A stretch of DNA of 48,313 nt from Lentisphaeria bacterium (GTDB lineage: Bacteria; Verrucomicrobiota; Lentisphaeria; Victivallales; Victivallaceae). This document shows positions 16,572-24,588 of this stretch, in pieces (positions within the stretch are counted from its first letter, which is position 1; each line of letters starts with the position of its first letter). Both the position numbers and the translations under genes were made by a program. Location: NCBI GenBank assembly GCA_017414565.1, contig JAFQLP010000021.1, positions 1-48,313 of the forward strand. Reading direction: 5' to 3'. The notes under the pieces are model-generated. The model made no database searches and was not told the DNA's origin. It was given only the letters and a program-made list of their open reading frames with translations.

Positions 16572-16969
16572 ATCGGTTTATGGTGATGTTTCTGGCTCTG
16601 GCTGTCCTGTGCGGCGCGGGGTGTTCTTTTTTTGAGGTGCAAAACAATTATCTGACCTGCGAGGATTTTCTCCGTCAGCTCAACGAATATCAGTTGCCGG
16701 TGACCAAGGCACAGCGGCTGGACCCGGCCCCGCTCCGTGCCAGCGAAGGGATCGCCTACGAGATCGGCGGACTGGATATCGGGATCTACAAATTCAATCA
16801 GGATCAGGAACTCCGCCGCAAACGGCTGCAGCAGATCAAGGACAGCGGCTGCATTTACATGCTCGGACAGAAATATCCCACCGCGATTCACGGTTCTTTT
16901 ATCCTGATCGGATACGAACGCAATACGGAAAAAAAGCGGATCCTTGAAGCATTTTACAACTTTAAATAG
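16568..16969 (+). CDS. Hypothetical lipoprotein, 133 aa
   Basis: GGGAGG SD. Lipobox in MNRFMVMFLALAVLCGAGC. The TAG stop at 16967-16969 abuts the tandem array. Confidence 0.65.
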   Translation: MNRFMVMFLALAVLCGAGCSFFEVQNNYLTCEDFLRQLNEYQLPVTKAQRLDPAPLRASEGIAYEIGGLDIGIYKFNQDQELRRKRLQQIKDSGCIYMLGQKYPTAIHGSFILIGYERNTEKKRILEAFYNFK

Positions 16970-17316
16970 GGCTGTGCGACGGCCGGCGAAATGTCGCGGT
17001 CTCCCGTTGGTCGCCCTTGATCGGGGCCGTGCGACGGCCGGCGAAATGTCGCGGTCTCCCGTTGGTCGCCCTTGATCGGGTCCGTGCGACGGCCGGCGAA
17101 ATGTCGCGGTCTCCCGTTGGTCGCCCTTGATCGGGGGCCGTGCGACGGCCGGCGAAATGTCGCGGTCTCCCGTTGGTCGCCCTTGATCGGGGCTGTGCGA
17201 CGGCTGGCGAAATGTCGCGGTCTCCCGTTGGTCGCCCTTGATCGGGGCTGTGCGACGGCTGGCGAAATGTCGCGGTCTCCCGTTGGTCGCCCTTGATCGG
17301 GCCGTGCGACGGCCGG
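16970..17316. repeat. Head-to-tail tandem array: six full copies (55, 55, 56, 55, 55, 54 bp) plus a 13-bp partial copy
   Basis: Units start at 16974, 17029, 17084, 17140, 17195, 17250 and 17304. The 52-nt core gtgcgacggcYggcgaaatgtcgcggtctcccgttggtcgcccttgatcggg is identical in all six copies. The only core difference is Y, which is C in units 1-4 and T in units 5-6. The remaining variation is in the 2-4 nt junction tail (gcc, tcc, ggcc, gct, gct, cc). The period is not a multiple of 3, and there are no spacers. Confidence 0.95.
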
Positions 17317-17357
17317 AAAAACCGGCTGATGCCCAGAACGCAGTCAGCCGGTTTTTT
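17317..17357. terminator. Bidirectional rho-independent terminator between convergent operons
   Basis: AAAAA-CCGGCTGA (17322-17329), loop, TCAGCCGG (17344-17351), TTTTTT (17352-17357). The stem can extend by TGC/GCA with one bulge. The A-run on one side and T-run on the other would allow termination on both strands. Confidence 0.8.
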
Positions 17358-17394
17358 GTCTGCGGAAAGCCGGATCGCCGTCCTGCCGCGGATA

Positions 17395-20181
17395 TTACCG
17401 GGGCAGCAGGGCGCGGAGTTTTTCCGCTGCCGGGGAGGTCCCGAGTTTCCGGTCAAGTGCGGGCAGGAACGGCAGTTTGACCGGTGCGGTAAGGGAGGCA
17501 AGGCATTTTTCCGCCTCCGCCGATTGGTTCTGCAGGATCAGGAATGCTCCCCGGAGCAGCGTGTCCGCCGGGGATGCGGCTTTGCCGAGCATGAGGTCGG
17601 CTTCCTCCATCCGCTGTAACAGCAGCAGATGCTGGATGGCTTTCCAACGGTGCGCGGGTTCATCGGGATCGGCCTGGATCAGTTCGGTATAATACCAGCA
17701 GGCGGCGGCGGAATCACCGCTTTTTTCCGCTTCCGCCGCGGCGGATGCGAGGAAATCGGCCAATTCCGCGCGCTGATTGACGAGGTCTCCGAGTTTCTTT
17801 TCCAGTTCCGGAACCGGTGTAGCTCCGAATTTTTTGGCGTTTTCATAGTGATGCGCCGCATCTTTGGGCCGGTTGTCGGCAAAGAGCCGGGCCAGTTCCA
17901 ACTGGGCGTCGGGGTGACGGGGCTGCAGAGCGGCGGCGCGGCGGAGATGGGATTCCGCTTCGGCACTCCGGTCGGTAAGGCGGAGGGCGCGGCCCAGTTC
18001 CAGGGCGGTATCGAAATCGTTGGCGGGCAAACCGGCATCTGCGAGCAGGGCGGCGGCATTGCCGGGTTTGCCGGTCCGGGTCAGGGCGGCGGCATAAGCA
18101 ACGCGCCGGACCGGGTCGGCGGGATCGGCAAGGTGAGCGGTCTGCAGGAGCGGCAGGGCGGCTTTGTCTTCGCCGCGTGCGGCAAGTTGTTTACCGAGCC
18201 TGTAATTGGCATCGGGGTCATGGGGAAGGCTTTTCAGGATTTGGCGGTAATTCCAGATGGCCAGTTCCCGGGCCTGCTCGGCTTCGGCTTTGGCGGCGGC
18301 GGCGCGGAATTTCTGCACATCGGCTGGATCCGCCGGTCGTGCCGGGGCGGGGGCCGGGGCGGCCGCGACGGTACCGGCCGGTGATGGCGGAGCAGGCGGT
18401 CGGTCGCGCAACTGTTGATTTTCCGCTTCCAGCCGGGTCAACTGCTGACGGAGCGTTTGGGCCGTTTCCGCCTGTTTCCGGGCCTGTTCGAGTTGCTGAC
18501 GGAGCGTTTCGATTGCGGCGGAACGCTGTTTTTCCTCTTTCAGGGCCAATTGCAGGGCGGCGGTCTGTTGGCGGAAAGATGCGAGTTCTGCGGCGAGGGC
18601 TTTTTTCTCTTCCTCGAGCCGCGGGACTTTTTTCTCCGATTCGGCGGCGGAAAGGCTGGCGGCTTTGAGTTTGAGAAATTCGGCACGGAGTTCCTGATAC
18701 CGGCTTTCGCTGCCGTCAAGTTTCTGCTGAAGGTCCTGTTGGGCGGCGGCAAGCGCGGTTTTTTCGAGTTTGACCGCATTCAACTGCCGGGAAAGATCGT
18801 CGCGTTCTTCCCGGAATCCGGCGGCGGCGGCACGGTCGGCGCGCAGACCGGCGGCGAAGCGGGCTTCAAATTCTTTTTCGCGTTCCGCGGCCCGGGCGAT
18901 CTGTTCTTCCATTTCCCGGTTGGCGGTGCGGAGTGTGACCAGTTCCCGGTCCGCGATCGCGGCGGCACTGCTGCGTTTCTCCAATTGTTCGCGCATCATC
19001 CGGTTTTCCCGGTCGAAGAACGATACACGGTCGTTCAGGGATTGGACAGCATTGCTCAATTCCGCGGCATTGAGGCGGTGTTCCCGGGATTCGTTCCGGA
19101 ACCGGATGTTTTCGGCGGAAAGACTGTCGCAGGTTTCCTGAAGACGCCGGAGATCTTCGCGCAATTTCAGATTTTCGGCGGTTTGATCGAGCGGGATCCC
19201 GGCGGAAAGGGCTTTGATTTTTTCATTGAGTTCCGCGAGTTCCCGGTCACGGTCGTCCGTGGTGCGGCGCACGGCTTCCAACTGTTTTTTCCACTCTTCT
19301 TCGCGCAGCAGGAATTGATTGCGTTCCCGGTCGGCGCGTTCCCGGATCGGCCGGAGCTGCGCGGCCTCCTGCTGTAATTTGGCACTTTCACTCCGGAGCC
19401 GCACGGCTTCTTTGGTCAGATCGTTGTTGAGGGTGAGCAGCCGTTCATTTTCCTGTTTGTATTCATCGGCTTCGCTGGTGGCAAGTTTGAGTTTGCGGCG
19501 GATGTTTTCCAGATTGATCCGGAGTTCCACCAGCCGCTGCCCGGTTTCAGCCGGAGCGGCTTCCGCCGGCTGTGTTTCGAGTTTGGCGATCCGGGCTTCC
19601 AATATCTGATTTTTTTCCTCCAACACCCGGTAATCGCGCATCAGATTGGCCAGTTGTTCCAGCGAGGCTTTGGCGCGGGCATCGCCGCGTTTGAGCTGCT
19701 CCAGTTCCGCCTGTGCCGCAAAGAAGCGGCGTTTGTATTCTTCCATTTCGCTTTTCAACAGTTCCGGCGAGGCGGCAACCGGGGTGGCAGGCGCGGCCGG
19801 AGCGACAGGTGCGGCCGGGGCCGGATCGGGATCATCGGAGGCGCGACCGAGAAGACGGCGCGTTTCGGCAATGGCTTTTTCGCACAGGCTGATGCGTTCA
19901 TCGATCACCCGGCGGTTCCATTCCGGCCGGGCTTTGCGGACCGAACGGAAACAGCGGATGGCTTCGCGGTAAGTTGAAAGGGCCCGGATAAAATCGCCGT
20001 CTTCGCGTGCGGTTTCGCCGTCTTCATAGGCCAGACAGCCGCGCCGCCAGGCATCCCACGGCTGAAAAACATCGTCGGAACCGGTCGTCCCGGACCGGGT
20101 GTTCTGCGTTTGGGCATCGGCGGCGGGCAGATGCCATGCCGACAGCAGCAGGCAAAACAGCAGCAGAAAAAGTTTCATCAT
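17395..20181 (-). CDS. Secreted TPR-repeat / long coiled-coil protein, 928 aa
   Basis: Signal peptide MMKLFLLLFCLLLSAWHLPAADA. TPR-like N- and C-terminal regions. There are P/A-rich linkers and a central E/R/A/L/Q heptad-rich stretch of several hundred residues. The start overlaps the hflX stop (ATGA). Confidence 0.8.
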   Translation of the reverse strand: MMKLFLLLFCLLLSAWHLPAADAQTQNTRSGTTGSDDVFQPWDAWRRGCLAYEDGETAREDGDFIRALSTYREAIRCFRSVRKARPEWNRRVIDERISLCEKAIAETRRLLGRASDDPDPAPAAPVAPAAPATPVAASPELLKSEMEEYKRRFFAAQAELEQLKRGDARAKASLEQLANLMRDYRVLEEKNQILEARIAKLETQPAEAAPAETGQRLVELRINLENIRRKLKLATSEADEYKQENERLLTLNNDLTKEAVRLRSESAKLQQEAAQLRPIRERADRERNQFLLREEEWKKQLEAVRRTTDDRDRELAELNEKIKALSAGIPLDQTAENLKLREDLRRLQETCDSLSAENIRFRNESREHRLNAAELSNAVQSLNDRVSFFDRENRMMREQLEKRSSAAAIADRELVTLRTANREMEEQIARAAEREKEFEARFAAGLRADRAAAAGFREERDDLSRQLNAVKLEKTALAAAQQDLQQKLDGSESRYQELRAEFLKLKAASLSAAESEKKVPRLEEEKKALAAELASFRQQTAALQLALKEEKQRSAAIETLRQQLEQARKQAETAQTLRQQLTRLEAENQQLRDRPPAPPSPAGTVAAAPAPAPARPADPADVQKFRAAAAKAEAEQARELAIWNYRQILKSLPHDPDANYRLGKQLAARGEDKAALPLLQTAHLADPADPVRRVAYAAALTRTGKPGNAAALLADAGLPANDFDTALELGRALRLTDRSAEAESHLRRAAALQPRHPDAQLELARLFADNRPKDAAHHYENAKKFGATPVPELEKKLGDLVNQRAELADFLASAAAEAEKSGDSAAACWYYTELIQADPDEPAHRWKAIQHLLLLQRMEEADLMLGKAASPADTLLRGAFLILQNQSAEAEKCLASLTAPVKLPFLPALDRKLGTSPAAEKLRALLPR

Positions 20182-21482
20182 TTGTTTCCTTTCAGATAAG
20201 GGTCGAAAAGATGACGCATGGTTTCGTTGATGGTGAAAGTCAGAGCGGCGGCACCATCGTCATGGTAACAGCATTCCAGTACATTGCCGCGTTCATGGGC
20301 CAGTGCGATCAGGTCGGCGCGTTCCGGCGGCAGCAGGGCCCGCAACAGTTTCCGCTGCCGTCCGGCAAGGGCGCACAGCCGTTTTTTCAATTCATCCAGC
20401 CCGGTCCCGGTGTGCGTCGAAAGGTAAACGCTGTCGGGAAACAGCATCCGGGTGCGCGCCAGCAGCATGGTTTCCTGAACCGGGTCGATTTTGTCCAGTT
20501 TGTTGAAGACCACGATGATATCTTTGTTATCGGCACCGAGTTCCTTGAGGACGGACCGGGTGGTTTCCCATTGCGCCTCCAACTGGTGGCTGGAAATATC
20601 CAGTACCAGTACCAGAAAATCCGCCAGCACCGCTTCTTCCAGTGTCGATTTGAACGATTCCACCAGCGAGTGCGGCAATTTGCGGACAAAGCCGACGGTA
20701 TCGGTCAGCAGCAGTTCGCTGTTGTCCGGCAGCCGGATCTTCCGGGTGGTCGGATCGAGGGTGGCAAAGACCCGGTCTTCGACCAGTACATCGGCCCCGG
20801 AAAGTTTCCGGAGCATGGAGGATTTGCCCACATTGGTGTAGCCCACGATCGCGGCGTGGGGAATGCCCGTCCGTTCCCGGAGTTTGCGGCCGGTGCCGCG
20901 CTGTTTGCGGACAACGGCAAGTTCGTTTTCCAAAGCGGAAATGCGGCGTTTGAGCAACCGCCGGTCGGTTTCGATCTGGGTTTCGCCCTGACCGCGCGCC
21001 CCGGTGATGCCGCCCCGCTGCCGGGAAAGATGGGTCCAGGCCCGGGTGAGCCGCGGCAGTGTGTAGTGGAGCCGCGCCAGTTCGACCTGCAAAGTGGCCT
21101 CCCGGGTCCGGGCCCGCCCGGCGAAGATCTCGAGAATGACCTCCTCGCGGTCGATGACACAGCAGCCGGTCAATTTTTCCCAGTTGCGCTGCTGTGACGG
21201 CGACAAAGGCGTGTCAAAGATCAGGCAATCGGCCCCGAGCCGCTGCCGGTGTTCCTCGATCTCTCTGGCTTTGCCGCTGCCGACATAGTACTCGATCAAT
21301 GGCATTTTGAGCTGGATCAACAGCCGGTCAACGGTCGCAATATCAAGATTGGCGACCAGTTCCTGCAATTCATCCAGTTGTTCCGCGGCCTCTGCCGGGT
21401 CCTGATCCGGCGGCCGGATGCCGATCAGCAATGCTTTTTCAACGGTACGGCGGCTGTCCGCAGCGGTATCGATCATTTCCAC
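20178..21482 (-). CDS. hflX: GTPase HflX
   Basis: HflX N-domain LQVELARLHYTLPRL...GETQIETDRR. G1 GYTNVGKSS, G3 DTVGF, G4 NKLD. GTG start at 21482 with GGGGGA upstream (alternative ATG at 21476). Confidence 0.9.
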   Translation of the reverse strand: MEMIDTAADSRRTVEKALLIGIRPPDQDPAEAAEQLDELQELVANLDIATVDRLLIQLKMPLIEYYVGSGKAREIEEHRQRLGADCLIFDTPLSPSQQRNWEKLTGCCVIDREEVILEIFAGRARTREATLQVELARLHYTLPRLTRAWTHLSRQRGGITGARGQGETQIETDRRLLKRRISALENELAVVRKQRGTGRKLRERTGIPHAAIVGYTNVGKSSMLRKLSGADVLVEDRVFATLDPTTRKIRLPDNSELLLTDTVGFVRKLPHSLVESFKSTLEEAVLADFLVLVLDISSHQLEAQWETTRSVLKELGADNKDIIVVFNKLDKIDPVQETMLLARTRMLFPDSVYLSTHTGTGLDELKKRLCALAGRQRKLLRALLPPERADLIALAHERGNVLECCYHDDGAAALTFTINETMRHLFDPYLKGNK

Positions 21483-21499
21483 AGCAGCGTTGTCCCCCT

Positions 21500-22279
21500 T
21501 CAGTCTTCCAGCCAGACATCCCGGGCATCGAATACCGGGCCGTCTTTGCAGGTGCGGGCGTATTTCCAGCCGTTGCCGTCATCGGAGCGGACTTTGACCA
21601 CGCAGGCGAAACAGGCCCCCACACCGCAGCACATCAGGTGATCCAGACTGATTTCGCCGGGCTGTCCCAGTTCGATCAGCTGCCGCGCCAGTGCCAGCAG
21701 CATCGGCCGGGGGCCGCAGCCGTAGAAACGCAGTTTTTTACCGGCGTATTCTTCCAGCAGGGGCGGGATCAGGGCGGTGACAAAACCTTTGTATCCGACC
21801 GAACCGTCGTTGGTCGCCAGCCGTACATCGAATCCGGCATCGCGATAACGGTCGTGCAGGATCAGATCGGCTTCGCTCCGCGCGCCGAGCAGCAGGACCC
21901 CGCGCTGTTTGGAGGTACGGGTCAGCAGATAAAGGGCCGCCGAGCCGTAGCCGCCGCCGACCAGCACCGGGATCTCATCATCGGCCGGCGGGGTGTAGGG
22001 ATTGCCGACCGGGCCCAGCAGGTCGCAGACCGTGCCCGGCGTCAGGCGGGACAACTGCTCGGTGCCGTTGCCCACCACTTTGTAAACCACCGACAGCACA
22101 TCGCCGTCGGTACTGTGGATGCTGAAGGGCCGCCGCAGAATGTATTGGCCCAGTCCGGCGATCCGGACATGGACAAATTGACCGGCCCGCGCTGTGGCGC
22201 AGATCTCCGGCGCATGGAAGCGGACAAAAAAGTACCCGGATTTCAGGGGGTCGTTGGAAATGATTTCTCCGTTCAACAT
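21500..22279 (-). CDS. PyrK-like FAD/[2Fe-2S] electron-transfer flavoprotein (dihydroorotate dehydrogenase B electron-transfer subunit family)
   Basis: RRPFSI FAD motif and VLVGGGYGSAAL NAD-type motif. C-terminal cluster MCCGVGACFACVV...TCKDGPVF. No pyrD is adjacent. Confidence 0.8.
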   Translation of the reverse strand: MLNGEIISNDPLKSGYFFVRFHAPEICATARAGQFVHVRIAGLGQYILRRPFSIHSTDGDVLSVVYKVVGNGTEQLSRLTPGTVCDLLGPVGNPYTPPADDEIPVLVGGGYGSAALYLLTRTSKQRGVLLLGARSEADLILHDRYRDAGFDVRLATNDGSVGYKGFVTALIPPLLEEYAGKKLRFYGCGPRPMLLALARQLIELGQPGEISLDHLMCCGVGACFACVVKVRSDDGNGWKYARTCKDGPVFDARDVWLED

Positions 22280-22286
22280 GATGTTC

Positions 22287-24392
22287 CTATCGCAATTCTG
22301 CCCGGATCCGGGCGGTGATGACGAACCGGGCCGCCCGCGGGCAACGCCAGTTCATGTGAAATTCATCCGGCATGGGCCGGTTTCCGGCGGGCGTGAAATC
22401 TTCGCCGCCGTCCGGCGGGGTGAACCGGTCTGTCATGGAGTAGACCGGGATACCGGCATCGCAGGTCACGACGATTTCCGCCCGGCCTTTTTCCCGGACA
22501 ATGGCAATGCCATCGCCGCACGGCACCGGCTCCGCGTAACTGTGGAGCCGGAAATCAGCGACCACCGGCTGCGGGGCCGTGACATCATCGGTCACAGTCA
22601 GCAGTCCGCTGCTCCGGTCAAAATGCAGGCGGCGGCGGTAGCCGGTCAGCCCGGGATAGACCCGGGTCAGGTCGAAACAGGCCGCGGCAACGGTGCCGTC
22701 GTCCTGAAAATCCAAAATCGTGCCGAAGGCATCGGCAACATCGCGCGGCTGGCCGGTACGGTCGATCATCAGGCAGTTCTGGGCAATGGTTTGCCGGGTC
22801 CAGCCGCGATGGTGGTTTTCGCCGAAAAGATAGCCGAAACTGCCGGATGGCACCAGCAATGCCTGATTGCCTGCCAACAGCGCGAAATTGCCCTGATCGG
22901 CGTGCTGGTGACTGCTGGCAGCGTAACGGCTGCAGCGCGCCAGTACCGCCAGCGACCGTTCCGGATGGGCGACATCGGTACGGATCGAGATCATCCCGGT
23001 ATCACGGCAGAGCCAGCTGTTGGACGGCGGCCCGGCGGCATCCGGTTCCCGGTCGCGGCACACCGGTGGGACGGCATCGAGCAGGTGCAGTTTGTAATGA
23101 TCCAGTTCCGCCCGGGAACGGCGGGAGAAGGTGCGGGCCAGTTCCGGACCGAAGCGGTCGGCGTAGATGCCGAAGGGGTCCTGGGCCTGAAAGCCGGGCC
23201 ATTCGATCTGGGTGGGCCAGTGGCCGTCGCCGAATGGATGGGCCTCCTGTCCCGGCGGTGCAAAATGGATGAAAAAATGGGTCAGATGGCGGTAAAACGG
23301 TTTCTGCATGAAAGAAAATCCGGTCAGCCGTTCCACCGCAAGGAAAAACGGCAGAAACCATTTGGTGTAGCTGCTGCCGTAGAAGACGCCCTCCGCCCAG
23401 CCGCCATCCCGGCCGCCGTAATGGGGGAAATGGGAACCGTAAACATCCAGCGCGTAATCCAGATACATTTCCGCGGTCCCCGGCGGCATGAAGTCCGACA
23501 GCACCAGCGCGGCTTCGCCGATATACCCGGCCAGCCGCCCCAGATGGGAATTGCCCGGGTGGGCAAAATAATCATCCTGCTGCATCCGCTGCCAGATTTC
23601 GCCGGCGTGAAGTGCCAGGGTGGCCCCGATCCATTGCCGCTGCCGTTCATCGTACAGATCCCAGGTCCAGTCAAAGACTGCCGGAGCGCAGCGGGTGATG
23701 CTCAAACCGATTTCATCCCCCCAGGCACCGTTGCCGGATACCGGTCCGAGCGGATTCCAGGTACAGATCCGGAGCAGCTGGTCCCGGGCCCGTTCCCCGG
23801 CCTGCCGGTCGTTCAGAAAAAGATAGGCAAGCGCGCAGGCAACCATGTCGCGGTCGATCGCCAGACGGCTTTCATCAAATGCGGTGCGGTAATCACAACG
23901 CCCCCCGGCATGGTAGAAATCGGGATGATCCATCAGCGGGCGGGTCATGGCATCATCGGCATTGCGGCGGATCACCGCCAGCGAATCGGCATGGCGTTCC
24001 CGCAGTACCGGGATGTCTTCGGCAAAATACAGATGGCGGGGATGCCGGTCCGGGCGCGCCGCCAGCAGATCAGCAGCCTCCGGACAGACAAACGGACGGG
24101 CATCGGGGGCGATCTCAAATTCCCGCCAGCCGGTTTCCGCCCCGCCGGAAAAAACATTCCAGCGGTAACGGCCCGGACCGAACGGATGACGGAAGCGGAC
24201 GGCATTGCGGACCGTGACGAGATCGGCGACCGTTTCGCCCGTGATCCGTTCCACCACCACCCGGTAGTTTTCTGCGCCCGGTTCCGCCACCCACTGCAGC
24301 GGGACCGGATCAAAGTCACAAAGACTGCCGGATTCCGGTGCCGGAAACAATCCGTCCGCCAATCGGACCTGCGGTAATTTTTTCATTTCCAT
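22287..24392 (-). CDS. Heparinase II/III-like polysaccharide-lyase-family protein (DUF4962-type N-terminus)
   Basis: The C-terminal half contains HQHADQGNF and flanking segments typical of heparinase II/III-like domains. The N-terminus has a PLQWVAEPGAENYRVVV Ig-like segment. Start is ATG 24392 or 24386 (AGGA SD). The track begins at TTG 24422. There is no obvious signal peptide. Confidence 0.75.
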   Translation of the reverse strand: MEMKKLPQVRLADGLFPAPESGSLCDFDPVPLQWVAEPGAENYRVVVERITGETVADLVTVRNAVRFRHPFGPGRYRWNVFSGGAETGWREFEIAPDARPFVCPEAADLLAARPDRHPRHLYFAEDIPVLRERHADSLAVIRRNADDAMTRPLMDHPDFYHAGGRCDYRTAFDESRLAIDRDMVACALAYLFLNDRQAGERARDQLLRICTWNPLGPVSGNGAWGDEIGLSITRCAPAVFDWTWDLYDERQRQWIGATLALHAGEIWQRMQQDDYFAHPGNSHLGRLAGYIGEAALVLSDFMPPGTAEMYLDYALDVYGSHFPHYGGRDGGWAEGVFYGSSYTKWFLPFFLAVERLTGFSFMQKPFYRHLTHFFIHFAPPGQEAHPFGDGHWPTQIEWPGFQAQDPFGIYADRFGPELARTFSRRSRAELDHYKLHLLDAVPPVCRDREPDAAGPPSNSWLCRDTGMISIRTDVAHPERSLAVLARCSRYAASSHQHADQGNFALLAGNQALLVPSGSFGYLFGENHHRGWTRQTIAQNCLMIDRTGQPRDVADAFGTILDFQDDGTVAAACFDLTRVYPGLTGYRRRLHFDRSSGLLTVTDDVTAPQPVVADFRLHSYAEPVPCGDGIAIVREKGRAEIVVTCDAGIPVYSMTDRFTPPDGGEDFTPAGNRPMPDEFHMNWRCPRAARFVITARIRAELR

Positions 24393-24435
24393 TCCTGCCG
24401 TTTCTTTCCGGGTTCCTGCCAACTTTCACAACAGC

Positions 24436-24464
24436 AATATAGCCCCGAACCGGGTTGTTTGCAA
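24436..24464 (-). promoter_or_regulatory. Candidate sigma-70-type promoter of the heparinase-like/pyrK-like/hflX/TPR operon
   Basis: Read on the minus strand: TTGCAA (24464-24459), 17 nt, TATATT (24441-24436). It lies about 45-50 nt upstream of the start codons. Confidence 0.5.
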
Positions 24465-24508
24465 CCGGAAATGATGGAAAAGCGCGGGTGTATGACCTTG
24501 ACACCGGG

Positions 24509-24537
24509 TGGAAATCCATGTGGGGGCGGTGTATATT
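24509..24537 (+). promoter_or_regulatory. Weak candidate promoter for the rhomboid/queA operon
   Basis: TGGAAA (24509-24514), 17 nt, TATATT (24532-24537). The -35 element is poor. Confidence 0.3.
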
Positions 24538-24588
24538 ATCTGTACCGGAGAAAACCTCCGGGAATTTTCAGAGAAAGGATTTTGGGTC

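Noticed and set aside
16970-17316. A CRISPR (or TIGR-like guide array) interpretation of the repeat array.
   Set aside because: No variable spacers are present. Units abut directly and are near-identical over their whole length. There are no cas or tas-like genes in the window.
16962-17501. A 179-aa minus ORF, plus + ORFs 17072..17296 and 17238..17480, running through the tandem array.
   Set aside because: Their apparent repetitive peptides (for example RPTGDRDISPAVA) simply reflect the 55-bp DNA period, which rotates the reading frame every unit. They also cross the terminator hairpin and the 3' end of the TPR gene.
22194-24377. A 727-aa plus-strand ORF opposite the heparinase-like gene.
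   Set aside because: It is the antisense shadow of a well-supported gene (HQHADQGNF and related motifs). Its composition is R/G/P/A-rich, and it has no SD and no recognisable motif.
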